Notes: generated by a model from the letters alone, not told the origin. Counted from the first letter of the stretch, positions 26,701-38,233 are shown. The stretch is DNA of 64,000 nt from Paragordius varius (GCA_964247055.1 OZ176057.1:4464001-4528000); one strand, 5' to 3'. Numbers and translations: made by a program.

Positions 26701-28063
26701 CAGAATATAATGTACTATATAATTATGTAAGTTTGACATTTTATAAAATATTATATTTCAAAACCAAAAGTTATCTTAGATTAGAATTAATTGTTATATT
26801 AAAAATTATAATTTTTTAATATTTTATATAATATTTATCATAGGGTTGTCCAACGCAAAAATATTTGCGGGGTGCTTTAGTTTTTTTAATTATTCGAGTC
26901 CAATTTTGGATTTCTAAATTTTAATTTTTGATTTATTTTTTAAAAAAAAATTAGAGCGCTTTTGCCAACATTAAAAATATTTCCCTATAACATATTCAAA
27001 CACTTGGTACACTTTATAATATATATATTTGCATTAAAAATTAATATTTTTTTAAATATTTGTAGCCGGAGCAGTTGTAGAAGGTTAATATTTAGCTATT
27101 TAAATCAATTATATAAAATATTTTTATTTTTATATTTATTAATAGAGGTCATCCTAGGTAAAATTTTTAGTGTATATTTTTAAATATTATCAAGTCATAA
27201 GAATATTTGGTTTTATCATTAATTATTATGGCAAAGTCTCCAATTCTTTTTATTTTATAAATGCAATATACTTTCATAATAAATCTTTCTATTTAAAAAA
27301 TTTAAATATTGTACATATATTAATACACAATTATCAACATTTTCAAAAAGTGATTATTGTTTTAGTGGAAAAAGTTACCTGGCTAAGGCTAACTCCTGTA
27401 TAAATTGTGCAGTCGTTTAAATCGTTAACTTATTAAATCGCTAATTTTTAAAAATATAATGTAATATCAAGTGATAATTTGGTTGGTGAATTTATTAAAT
27501 TAAAATTTTATATTTTGTTTCTTAAAATTTTAAAGTTATAGTAAAATTTTCACTATAAATCACCAAGAAATGCATAAACAACCACTAAAATAATTTATAA
27601 TTTGTTTTAACACTACATTAGTTCTCTGCACTTGATATGAAGAGTTGCATTTGAAATATTTTAGCAAATTTTTCTTAAATTCATTCAATTTGAAAATATT
27701 AAAGACAGTTTGACTAATTTTTAAGCATATGGATGGAATAATTGTTTTGTTTAATAATCTATATTTCTAAAATATAAAAAAAGGTTGGTAAAATTTACGG
27801 TTTTTTGACGCATTTACATACTAGCCATGTGGTTAATTTTTAGGTTAATAGACTAAAAACGTTGCATTAAAAAGAAAAACACACCGATCAAAATATAACT
27901 ACCACTCTTTAATTTTAATCGCTAAAGTGATTAAATATATTTTTGTACTTGAATGTTATATATATATTTTTTCACTTTTAGCTATTTTGTCCGGTAAAAT
28001 TTTTTTTTACCAATTATTTAAATTAAAAAATTTTTATCAATTATTTTATTATAGCACTCGCTA
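11777..28063 (+). CDS. Candidate micro-exon gene B (19 symmetric micro-exons, 222 coding nt), Gly/Ala/Val/Glu-rich repetitive peptide
   Basis: GC-rich islets flanked by AG/GT, each a multiple of 3 nt and phase 1. Spliced product has no stop: GIFAHEVGFETGAVGEAAAEVGTETGIVGGEVAAGMAEVGTEAAAVEVGGAVVAEAGAGAVVEEVILAILSALA. First and last exons unresolved. Confidence 0.75.
12033..12050 (+). CDS. Gene B micro-exon, 18 nt (EVGFET)
   Basis: aattttag|AGGTGGGTTTTGAAACAG|gttagc; homologous to 13258 and 17235 exons. Confidence 0.8.
12149..12163 (+). CDS. Gene B micro-exon, 15 nt (GAVGE)
   Basis: ttatatag|GGGCTGTCGGAGAAG|gtagta; homologous to 14216 exon. Confidence 0.8.
12845..12853 (+). CDS. Gene B micro-exon, 9 nt (AAA)
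   Basis: gtatttag|CGGCTGCTG|gtatgt; homologous to 14345 and 19924 exons. Confidence 0.8.
13258..13275 (+). CDS. Gene B micro-exon, 18 nt (EVGTET)
   Basis: ttttctag|AAGTGGGAACTGAAACAG|gtcata. Confidence 0.8.
14216..14233 (+). CDS. Gene B micro-exon, 18 nt (GIVGGE)
   Basis: ttcgctag|GAATTGTCGGCGGAGAAG|gtacgt. Confidence 0.8.
14345..14353 (+). CDS. Gene B micro-exon, 9 nt (VAA)
   Basis: atcttcag|TGGCTGCGG|gtatgt. Confidence 0.8.
15517..15525 (+). CDS. Gene B micro-exon, 9 nt (GMA)
   Basis: atttacag|GAATGGCAG|gtaaaa. Confidence 0.75.
15978..16924. mobile_element. Representative of an abundant AT-rich non-autonomous DNA element family (CCTGAT...ATCAGG ends)
   Basis: Imperfect ~30-bp inverted ends. 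Shared internal motifs (GATGCTGAACA..TCTA..TCAGAATT and inverted TGAGGTGATAGAAATGTTCAGCATC; AACGCAAAAATGCCGAGA) recur in partial copies near 2.6-3.5, 6.4-7.0, 10.3-10.6, 29.8-31.7, 48.5-50.2 and 52.6-53.25 kb. Confidence 0.6.
17235..17252 (+). CDS. Gene B micro-exon, 18 nt (EVGTEA)
   Basis: tattttag|AAGTTGGGACTGAAGCAG|gttttt. Confidence 0.8.
17401..17412 (+). CDS. Gene B micro-exon, 12 nt (AAVE)
   Basis: ttccctag|CTGCCGTTGAAG|gtactc. Confidence 0.8.
17481..17483 (+). CDS. Gene B candidate 3-nt exon (V)
   Basis: ttattttgtttag|TCG|gtaata. Confidence 0.4.
18414..18416 (+). CDS. Gene B candidate 3-nt exon (G)
   Basis: ttctttctttaaccttctag|GAG|gtttta. Confidence 0.35.
18886..18891 (+). CDS. Gene B candidate 6-nt exon (GA)
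   Basis: ttctttggtcgatag|GGGCAG|gtattt; 67-nt intron to the next exon. Confidence 0.5.
18959..18967 (+). CDS. Gene B micro-exon, 9 nt (VVA)
   Basis: attttacag|TTGTTGCAG|gtattt; resembles the 1670 exon (VVP). Confidence 0.78.
19093..19739. mobile_element. 21-bp-array MITE family, copy 2 (inside a gene B intron)
   Basis: ATTTGCACTTCAAGAGTGTCC ... CACTCTTGAAGTGCAAATGG; about 8 tandem 21-bp units in the left arm. Confidence 0.85.
19924..19932 (+). CDS. Gene B micro-exon, 9 nt (EAG)
   Basis: ttttatag|AGGCTGGTG|gtatgt. Confidence 0.78.
20492..26593. mobile_element. Fold-back element with ~1.3-kb inverted arms and ~300-bp spacer, left arm interrupted by a LINE
   Basis: 20492-21163 plus 24344-25028 match the reverse complement of 25329-26593 (an ~80-bp perfect stretch around GAACGCACACCGCATCGTATATTAATATTAGAATCAACACAAT). 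Internal ~105-bp subrepeats. No TSD seen; outer ends approximate. Confidence 0.85.
21164..24333 (-). mobile_element. RTE (BovB-like) LINE, near full length, frameshifted
   Basis: APE ORF 22680-23996 (MATWN, LGLSETH, IYAPT, IIGDFNA, NQIDYI, SDHNLL) and RT ORFs 22283-22690 and 21190-22245 (SKAFD, RQGCILSP, LNYADD, YLGS). (CAA)n tail; 10-bp TSD AATTGCTATT at 21154-21163 and 24334-24343. Confidence 0.96.
27066..27083 (+). CDS. Gene B micro-exon, 18 nt (AGAVVE)
   Basis: atttgtag|CCGGAGCAGTTGTAGAAG|gttaat. Confidence 0.78.
27146..27157 (+). CDS. Gene B micro-exon, 12 nt (EVIL)
   Basis: attaatag|AGGTCATCCTAG|gtaaaa. Confidence 0.72.
   Translation, partial: RSS
27982..27993 (+). CDS. Gene B micro-exon, 12 nt (AILS)
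   Basis: cacttttag|CTATTTTGTCCG|gtaaaa. Confidence 0.7.
28055..28063 (+). CDS. Gene B micro-exon, 9 nt (ALA), or start of a terminal exon ending at TGA 28093-28095
   Basis: ttattatag|CACTCGCTA|gtaagc; read-through gives ALASKLLPLLYNY*. Confidence 0.65.
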
Positions 28064-28595
28064 GTAAGCTTCTACCGCTTTTATATAACTATTGAGATTG
28101 GGTCGCCGGTTAACTTAACATATTAAATTTTTCATAGCATTTAAAAAGCAAATTATTAATTTATTTAATATATAAAATTTAATTTTAGCCTATTATATAA
28201 AACGCACTAGGTTTCTGACCGGCTGGTATTCTCCGACACCCAATCTTTTAAAGATTTTCCAACATAAACTATTAATATTAAAATATAATCTAGTGATATA
28301 AGTAATTATTAACTCTTTTTTTTGTATATCGCAATGAAAAATTTAATTATATTTAATATGTTTTCTAGCATGAAGCAATACATTTGTATAAAATGGTGCT
28401 TGGGAAATACCATGGCTTAGTTAAATAAAAAATAATGTAATTTTATTGTATATTTTTAAAATATATTACATACGCCTTATACATTCAATGATTAATCTTT
28501 CTAATCGGGTTAAATATAAAATTAACTGTTTTGTTTTCATGTTTTGTGTTATAATGAGTAAAAAATGTTGCTATCTTAACATTAATTTAATAATA

Positions 28596-29760
28596 TCAGG
28601 TCCCTTGAAAAGAGGATTATTATAATTATTTCAGGCTGTGCCAAAAATAATTAAAAAATTTATTAAGCCGTTATTAATTTGTTGATTAAACACCATTTCC
28701 GACCTTAGTTTTAATATAAAAAACCTATATTCTCTCAAAGTTATTTCTATCCGACCTCTTAACAATATAATCTATCAAACGTAGCATAACATTGGTTTAG
28801 AATTATATATTTTTGAGCACGAATGGGATAGATTACTCAGACTGTTATCCTGCGCGAGTGTGGTCTTTATTGAGTAAAAGAGATAATTGTTATAAAGTTC
28901 GGCGGATACCAACATTCAAAGGGATTGTCTTTCAGTTTTATTGTGAGACGAATCAGATGGTAAAAATACTTTGACATGTAATCTGGTCTTTTCCGGTGTG
29001 ATGTTTCGATTTGGTTTAAAATTTAATTTGTATGAATAGCGTTGTATTTTAACAATTTTACAGAGCCTCAAAAGTTTTATTAATGCACAATACCGCTTTG
29101 TTTTTACCAGACACAGAGCATGTCATGATTTAAGCCTAATGTATGTGAACAGAAATGGCAAGTATGATCTCATCCGCACTAGATGTCTCGTAAATAGGAT
29201 TTTACAAGTAACTTCCGATTTTCAATTCGATCTTTATTAAAAGTGTATGGGATCTATTTAACGTTTATTATTTCTCATTGCTTGTATATGTCTACTGATT
29301 GTTTTTTACGAGTCATCATCAAACTCTAGAATTATATTGACTTAACAGTTTTGGGTTGGCAAAATGCCCATTCTATTTCGCATATACTGCTATTAACCTT
29401 TTGAAACGATGTTTTTTATGTTTAATTGACGAAGTATGCTCATTATATGTTTCTACCAACAAGCGATGACTTTCAACAGTCTAGTTTGACTAAACATGCC
29501 TTAAACTTTCCTTTCAAGCACAATCGACCTGACTGCTTTTGACAGATTCAACTTGTATAGGTTTGACGTTTATGTCTAATGAAAAATGACGTCAGTGTTA
29601 TATATGTCGGCTCTACTAGTGATATAACTACACGTAATAATCTTTAATAACGAATATTTATTGTAATATCAAAGACATTTTATTAAACTAGAAGCCATAA
29701 CCTAAAATTGGTTTGCAGTTTTTATTAGCATATCACATGTTCCGAAAAAGACTTGGCAAG
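28596..29760 (-). mobile_element. Highly decayed mariner transposon
   Basis: Frame-hopping translation gives ESHRLLVETYNEH, ISRHIQAM, PYTFNKDRIENRK-VTCKILFTRH, MLCVW*KQSGIVH and RKRPDY, collinear with Mos1-type transposase. TA|TCAGG TIR-like end at 28594-28600; other end approximate. Confidence 0.75.
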
Positions 29761-31299
29761 TTCATAAATATGGTTCCCATATAAGTGTTTTAATTTTTTT
29801 GAATACGCTTAAAAGGCTAGAGAATATATTATCCTGATGAATATTAAATTCTTATGGATAAATTTATAAGAATTATTTGGTGTGGTTTTTGTCCTTGTGC
29901 TATAAGAAAGTTATTACCTTTTTTAGTTAATTTTTTGGAAAGCTATTTATAAATATGTATAAAATATATGATAAATATATATAAAAATTATCATAATGTT
30001 TTTTATTAATTTTAAAGGGGATTTTGAAGTCTAAAATTGAAACGGTCTAAAATAGGCAAGTTATTTTAAAACCCAATTTTGCCGATATTGCGAGATAAAA
30101 ATTTTAAAATGCTAAATTTGCACATTATTTTTTTCGAATTGCATATTTGTTTAAATTAATTTATGCAAAATTTTGGTGAAACTAGTTTTACGGTAATAAG
30201 CATGGTGCTAAGGGTGATAACTTTAAGATATTAAAAAAGTCCTTCTATAAAATTCGTGCTAAACATTTCCATAAGTTTATAAATATTGACTTTATATAAA
30301 TGATTTGTTTGAATCCTTAAAAATAAACGAAATTTGGCAACAAACAAAATACATCCAAAACTCGGGGGCTATAAATAATATCTTGATGAAATATATATTA
30401 TGATAGAATTACGGTTTTAATGATGATTGCCTTGCGAGTGATTTAAAAGGTTATTTAAAATTTTGTGTAATACGCACATTTTGTTAATTTTTTTCAACAA
30501 AAAATATCAGTATATAATATATATCATTGAGTACATATACAAAAGAATATTTTAATTTTAATTTTTAGATGTGGGCTCCCAAAGTCCCAAGTTTTTTACC
30601 TATCTAAAATAGGCAATTTATTTAAATTAAACGCAAAAATGCCGAGATTTTAAATTTACGCTAATTGACATTTAAAAAAGTTATTTGCGAAAAAATGGAA
30701 AGTTTCTTGAAATTAAAAGGCATGATTAGGAAAATCGATTTAAGATGTTATTTTTAATTAATTTAATAAGGTTGAACATTTGCATCAGAAATTCAATTTA
30801 AAGCTTCGTTTGATTTAGTTTTTGGTATAAAATACAGTTTATATTTATCAATTATCAGATCAACGAATATTATAAAAATTCTGAGGCGATAGAAATGTTC
30901 ATCATGGAATTATCTAAAAAGTGTTTTTATAGTGCCTTAAAGAGTTTTTATCGCTGTTCCATCTTGACTCATATGGTATGAAAAACGATATGCTAAAAAT
31001 TTTTAACAAATTATGCATTTTTTCAATAAATTTTTTTGATGTCATAATATATCATATTTTAAAAAAATTGTCACACTTTTGCGTTTATTTTAAGAGACTA
31101 GTCCATTTGGAAGGTAACTTTCTTTAGTCAACAGCAGTGGGCAAAACATAAAGCACCGTGATATACATTCTCCTATCAGAATATATTCATTAGTATATAT
31201 TTTGTGGACAGTGAGCTCTTTTTGAGGTAATAGAAATAATGTTCATCATCATCAATTTGTATAAAAAATTGTTTTGTACCCTTTCAACCATGTTTGACA

Positions 31300-31555
31300 T
31301 AGAGGCGTAGCTTGCATTTCTGGCGTCCGGTGCATGTGTACGTATTGACGCCCCCTTTTCATTGCATGCGACCTTTGCATATTAAAAAACATTCAAATTC
31401 AAACGGTGATCAATAACACCCATTAATGGATGATTTCTTATGTAATATTTAAAATAATAACTAAAATGCCTATATTTAGGAAATAAAATTTGAATTTTTT
31501 AAAATCCGGCGCCCTCTCAGCTATGGCGCTCGCCCCCTCTCTAGATACGCCTGTG
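31300..31555. mobile_element. hAT-type MITE, 256 bp, nested in the CCTGAT family
   Basis: Imperfect 13-bp TIR TAGAGGCGTAGCT/AGATACGCCTGTG; perfect 8-bp TSD GTTTGACA (31292-31299, 31556-31563). Confidence 0.88.
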
Positions 31556-33404
31556 GTTTGACAACTTTAAAAGCTAAATGTCCAATTTTTAGGAAAAACT
31601 TTTTGAAGTCTAAACTTGGTATATTTTTATCGCCTATAACACTGGCATTTTTGCGTTAAATTTGATACTTCGTAACTTTTTGGGGATTTTAATATCCCAG
31701 AGGGATTTGAAATTTGAATATCTTAATTATCCTTTTAGGGGCATTATACAAACATTAAATAAATGTGAAATTGTAAAAAAACCGCAATTTAATTTTTTCT
31801 ATAAATTTTTTATTTGCAATGAAACAGGCAAATAAATGTATATTATGGTTTGAAATGCAAATTAACTTTATTTTCTGGCATTATTTCAATAGCTATTGGT
31901 TTCAATTATTGCCCATTTTAGACTTTAGAATCAAATTGTAAAAAATATAATCTTTTTTTCAATAAGATCAATGTTAGATATCTTTAGTCGAAAAATTTGG
32001 ACCTTTTGAGCACCACCACTCAAAATTTTAAATTTAGACTGATTTCAGTGTTCTAAAACCAAATATAAAAAAATTGATCCTCCCAATCAGAGTTTTAAAT
32101 TACAGGTTTTCAACTTTTCAAAAACAAGAGAAACTTGACAGAAAATATAACTTTATAATAAATAGTTATTATCAAATTAATATCATTTAAAGTGATTTTA
32201 CCTCTATCTTTTGAATATAAATATAATTTAAATCTCAGCGAAAAGAAAAAGTAGGATATAAACGATAATTAATATTTAGTGTTTTTAAAGCTAATTTTAA
32301 ACACGTATGAATTTATATATTTTGTGGATTAACCTACGGCTTTCAGTTTTTTGTTAGTTTTGGTTATTCTTATCATTAGGGTTTTTCTTTTCGGTTGTTT
32401 CTTACAAAATAAACCTGTTTATTATACCTAATGGATATTATTTTTTTTCAAAAGTATTGGATGCGATATATTTTGAATTTCAGGATGTTGGGCAGCTTCT
32501 TTTATTACCTAAATGATGGATATCTTACCATACTATTATGAAACACAAAGGGACCACTTGTACTCTATATAAACTTTTAATCCGATATAATGGTCGAATT
32601 TGTCTAACTCTATTCTGTGAATTGGTTAATTTATGTAATTTCCCTGGATTTTTTTGAAGTTCACGATATATTCTCTGCAGGTCTCTCCTATCGGGCTCTT
32701 ACACCACCTATTGTATACCTTTGCCATATCTGGCACAATTATAGGAGCGCGGGATGTTATTTTGATGAGCTTGTCCAAGCCGCTTGGATCTATCACAACA
32801 TACATTAGCCCTATTTTTATATATATGATTTTTAATAATACGGCTTATAGCTTTAAATTTAATTCTATATTCTTAAAGTTTCGTATCCTCTTTTTGATAC
32901 ATAGAATTTTAATTAATATATTCAATAAATTGATATTTATTTATTGTATATTGTCTATTTCTATGAGTAACAGAATCGCCATAAGAATTATTTCTTGCAA
33001 AAAAGATAACAACCTTTAGCAGCTATTTTGTATAAAAAGTCGACGGTATTTTAAGGTAAAGTTTTATAATATGGACCATCAATAACATTTTCTGCAGTGT
33101 CTTCGTTAATAAAAAAAATCTTTTGTGATATCGTATACTGGGGATGGTATATTAAAATCATTTTTGCATTTTCATTCTAAAATTATAATAAAAAACCTGG
33201 CTCTGGAATACCAATTGTATCGACTTTCTCCTTTAAATATTTAAATATATGTACACAAGGAATAATTGTTTTTTTAAATTAAATACAAAATTAAATTTTA
33301 AAAAAATCTTGTTGGCGGCCTCAATTTTTCTGTTTTGGCCTTTCCATGCCATTATATCACACAAAATGCAAAAAATGGGGTGGTGAAAAACCTTGTTAAG
33401 CAGT

Positions 33405-36400
33405 TGATAACTGGAAACGACAAAGTAAAGTCAATGGTAAATTTATTGTATATACTATTGTATAATGATCTATATATATATAGATAATTAGGTCTAATGT
33501 ATTCACATATATCAAGGTGAGATGTTTGCTTATACAATTAACTCAAGATAAAAATAATAGTCACACGTGGTGGTTAAGTTATAATAATATAATAAGAGTA
33601 AACAGATAAGTTAATAGGTTAATATAATAATATATAACGAATGTTGTTTGTGCGGTTAATCTAATCGTGTAATAAAAGATTCATTCAAATTAGCCTGTCA
33701 GTTACCACTCTAATATCACTACCTCCTCCCAACGAAAGTGGGCAGGTTTCTGACGACTTCTTGTCGGGTACCGTCGTTCTTGTGTTTTAGCGGGGGAGTC
33801 GATTGTCGCAGATTCCTGGGTATTATCATTATTTGGGCTTTTGGCTGTCGGAGTAATTGGTTCGATTTCGTTCTTTGAATTGATCGTGTTTGGTTGCGTT
33901 TCAGCGATTGCTCCATCATCCGTGCCAGTGGTTACCTCCTCCTCATTAGTGTTGCTGGCAGTCGTCGGCTGTGGTTGTGGTTGTTGTACTATTTAGTCAG
34001 CGTGTTTCCTCACAACTTTGTCTCGGTCCTTGTCCCACACCTTGTATGGAAGTAACCCTGTACGGTCCGTAATCTCTCCGGCGCGCCACCTTGGATTTAA
34101 TTCATTTTTAATCATTACCTGGTCATTAATGGCAAACTGCCGTCGGGGGGCCGGTGCATCTAGCTATCTCGCCCTACTATTTAACCAGGTTAAGGGGGTA
34201 TGGGGAGTACGCTTGAACATTAACTGGGCCGGGGTTTCTTTCGTTGTTGAGTGTATCGAATTTCTATTCGCCCATAGGCTAGTGTTAAACGCTTCGTGGG
34301 TTGATATCGCATTATTTTTTATTCTTTTGTATTTATTTTTATTGTACCTACTAACCTTTCTACCATCCCATTACTCTTAGGATAGTAGGGGGTAACCTTA
34401 ATATGTTTCACCCCTAACGTACTTAAGGTTGACGTGAAGTACTCATTACTGAAATACGAAGCGTTATCGCTAACGATCTCTCTTGCAAAACCAAACCTTG
34501 CAAACGTTCCTTCTACTTTGTGGATTATATTCGCTGCGGTTACCTTTTTCAAAATAAATCCTTCTGCCCATTTCTAGGCACTATCAATTATCAACAACCA
34601 ACATAAACCGTCTACCAGTCCGGCTATATCAATATGCAAACGCTCCCACACAGCAACATTATGATCCCACTGATACGTGGAATTCCGAGTAACATTCGGC
34701 CTACTACGTTGGCACATTCGCATTGACTACTGGCTTTTACCAGGTCATTTTCTAATTCTGGCTAATAACACGTAAATCTGGCCATCATGGTCTCTACGTT
34801 GTTATGACCGCTGTGTAGGTATCTCACCACCTCTTTCTGGAGGGGCTTCGGAATTACAATCCGATCATTTAAACTTAATAAGCCATATTGATATGCCAAC
34901 TCGTCTTTACGGTTTACAAACTTTTCTAATTCTGGAGAACTCCAGTCATGGTTGTTTAACGTAATTACTTTTTGTAAAACTGGATCTAATGCGGTTTCTT
35001 TTCGAATTTCATCTCTGCTTAACCGCACGTTATGGCAATCTCAGATATCTGGTAACCGCATAATCTTCATCATAGGCAACGATCTCGTCAATCGACCATC
35101 TCGATAAATAATCAGCTCTATTTTGAGCCCCTTTTTGATGACTTATTTCAAAGTCGTATTCATTTATCATATTAATCCACCAGTTTAGCATTGTGTATCT
35201 CTTTTAAATTTCGATCTCTATTTATTAACTTTACTAAAGGTAAATGGTCAGTTAATATTATAAATTTTCCACCGTATATGAAACTATGAAACTTTCATAA
35301 CGCAAATAATATTGCTTTTAATTCCTTCTCTATAGTGGAATAGTTCTTTTCAGCGTTGCTACACTTTTGTGAGGCATACGCTATCGTATCCTTTCACTAT
35401 TAACGTCATGACTCAAAATACAATGAATCCTAAATCTGACGCATCAGTTTCTATTATCAATTTCCTATTCGGATTATATGGTGTTAAAAACACTTTTTCG
35501 TTTAACAAATTCTTAGCTGCTAACCAGCTTTTCTCATGTTTCTCGGTCCAACACCATCTCGTATTTTACTAGTTAATTCATGTAAGGGACCGACTATCAT
35601 TTGTAATTTTGGTATAAAGCGTTCATCAAACGTCAAAAAACCTAAGAAACTCAGTAAAGACTTTTTATCTACCGGTCTTCTTAGTTCCGGAATTGCTTTG
35701 ATTTTGCTTTCACATGGGCTTATACCCTTTTTCGATATTTCAAACCGTAAATAGTTTACTGATTCTGCACCTATCATTATTTTATCTTGTCTTAATTTAA
35801 ATCCGGTCTTATCGAGACGACTTAATCGTTATTTAAATTGTTAATGTGCTCATTTTCCGTCATACCAGTCACTAGGACGTCATCTAAATATACGCAAGTT
35901 CCCGGACTTTCAGCCAGCGCTTGTTCCATCACTCTTTGGAAGATGATAGGTGCCGTGGCCAGTCCAAACGGCATGCGTTTGTATTTGAAAAAACCTTTAT
36001 GTGTTGATATTGTTAACAATTCTTGACACTCCTCTGCCACTGGCATTTGGAGGTAAGCATCTTTTAGATCACCTATTTTCGACACCAACTCATCAAACGT
36101 GGGGATTATATGAGAGTCTTCTTGCAACCACTTATTAATCGTTACCCGAAAATCACTACATATTCTTAATTCGCCATTCGGTTTAAGTACATTAACCGTA
36201 GGCGTGGCCCATGTCACAGGTGTAATGTTAGGATCAACCGGTTCTAAGATGCCCAACTCTTCTAGCGTCAGCTCTTTCTCCACCTTTTCTCTTAATGGAA
36301 AAGGCACCCTGCGACATGGCCATACTTTCGGGATTGCATTCGCTGCAATGTGAATTTTTACAGGGTCTTTATAACACCCTAACTTATTTTCAAATAGGTT

Positions 36401-37395
36401 TATAAAATTTTTACAAATCTCATTCAATTTAAGAGAATTAACTTTAACCTGTGGCATCTCAATCTGGAATTTCGCCATCCAGTCCAGTCCACAGATCAGC
36501 GGAGCCATCCCCATCGTTTTGCTTAGGACACATATGTCCCCGACCATCTGTTTACCATTTACCTAGACCTTGACACTTGCTGTCCCCATCATTGGCACTG
36601 TAATGTTATTGTACGATTTGACTGGGGGTGTCGGACTCAGCTTGGGTTTACCGATTTGCTCCCACGTTGCAAAGTTTATTAATCCGAACCAGTATCGTAG
36701 ATAAAGTCTTTTTTTAACCCGTTTATTACTAGTGTTATCAGTAAGGGAGTTAGTGCATTACGACCTACGTTGACTTCCTTCAATAATTGCCTATTGAAGT
36801 TTGGTCTTTGTCTCTTAGCCACACACATTCTCGCAAAATGGTTAAGCTTTCTGCATTTGTTGCAGGATCTTCTCCAGGCTGGACACTTGTTGGGTGGGTG
36901 TGTGAAACCGCAATGTTTGCATGTAATAGATGATTTTTTTATTGTTTGTCGGTATATTATGTTGTAACCGATTGATATTATTGCTGTTGCTAAGTCGACG
37001 ATAGCTATTATTGTTGTATTTTTGAGCTGTGACATTCATTGGTTCGTCTGCCATACTCGTTTTGGCCACCACTGATAACTGGAAACGACAAAGTAAAGTC
37101 AATGGTATTATTGTATAACGTATTGTATAATGATCTATCTATCTATCTATTTATATATATATTTAAGATAATTAGGTCTAATATATTCACATATATCAAG
37201 GTGAGATGATTGCTTTTATAAAATTAACTCAAGGTATAATAATAATAGTGACACGTGGTGGTGAGGTTATAATAATAGTACACAGATAAGTTAATAGGTT
37301 AATATAATAATATATAACGAATGTTGTTTGTGCGGTTAATCTAATCGCGTAATAAAAGATACATTCAAATTATCCAGTCAATTACCACTCTAACA
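33405..37395 (-). mobile_element. Ty3/gypsy LTR retrotransposon, ~4.0 kb, internally deleted and degenerate
   Basis: LTRs at 33405-33715 and 37073-37395 (minus strand TGTTAGAG...GTTATCA); 5-bp TSD GCAGT; PBS-like TGGTGGC 1 nt after the 5' LTR; PPT GGGAGGAGG. Coding remnants: Gag CCHC knuckle (CNKCRKLNHFARMC), protease (YDTGSD), RT (YLDD), RNase H (ETDAS), integrase (IVSDN...YPKSNGMVER). Confidence 0.96.
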
Positions 37396-37552
37396 GCAGT
37401 GTAATTTAATTTTAAGTAAAATAACTTTAAAAACAGTAACAAAACAATATAGATTTGGCAGACATATGATTTAATTATTAAAAAATAAAATAAATAAAAC
37501 ATGTGAGCATGATCTTGATATTGGTGAAAATGGAAACGAACTACTATATATA

Positions 37553-38033
37553 CCATTTACACTTCAAGAGTGTCCTTTAAAATTTTAAATTTATCCTTGA
37601 ACACTTTAAGTTGGTCCTTAAAATTTTTATATTTTAATTTAACCATAATTATTACATGTATTATTTTATTTTATTATTTTTTAACCTAATATTCTTTATT
37701 TATTATATATTTATTCATTTAAAATAATTTATATTATATTTTTCCTTTTTAACAATATTATTAAATGTTTTCAATGAAAAATAGTAATAATATCCCATGG
37801 AAACTTATATATTTTTTAATTAGGTTAAAATCGTGCTATACGATTTCTTAATGATTAAAAGTTGATATTGATCTAAAATTTATGTTAAGTAATAGAAAAT
37901 AGGTTACAAACGATAAAATAGATGAATCATTTACGATTTGATTGATAAAAGTTGCAAATAAAAAAAGTCAAGACCAACTTAGAGTGTTCAAGGACCAACT
38001 TAAAGTGTAAGGACACTCTTGAAGTGCAAACGG
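37553..38033. mobile_element. 21-bp-array MITE family, copy 3
   Basis: TA|CCATTTACACTTCAAGAGTGTCC ... GGACACTCTTGAAGTGCAAACGG|TA. Flanks rejoin into a sequence present uninterrupted (inverted) at ~41985-42110. Confidence 0.9.
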
Positions 38034-38233
38034 TATATACCAGTAAAAAGCAATTATAGGATTAATTGAAAAAATATCTGGAAAAAAAATGCATATAATT
38101 AAGTGGGTGTAAAACAATAAAGAATTGATTATTTGTGTTATTATGCTATAAAACATAAGTCCAGATTCAAGATAGATTGTATTTATCAGCTCTGTTAAGT
38201 AAAGCATATTCTTTTTAATTTTAATTGCATATA

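Noticed and set aside
28801-28959. Plus-strand 159-nt AG/GT-bounded open stretch
   Set aside because: It is the antisense strand of the mariner relic.
32483-33157. Minus-strand frame of 225 codons interrupted only by TAA/TAG, hinting at a reassigned genetic code
   Set aside because: Only a handful of TGA are expected by chance in this span, ATP synthase alpha and the MGA-motif ORF end on TAA/TAG, and C-to-T decay produces the same pattern.
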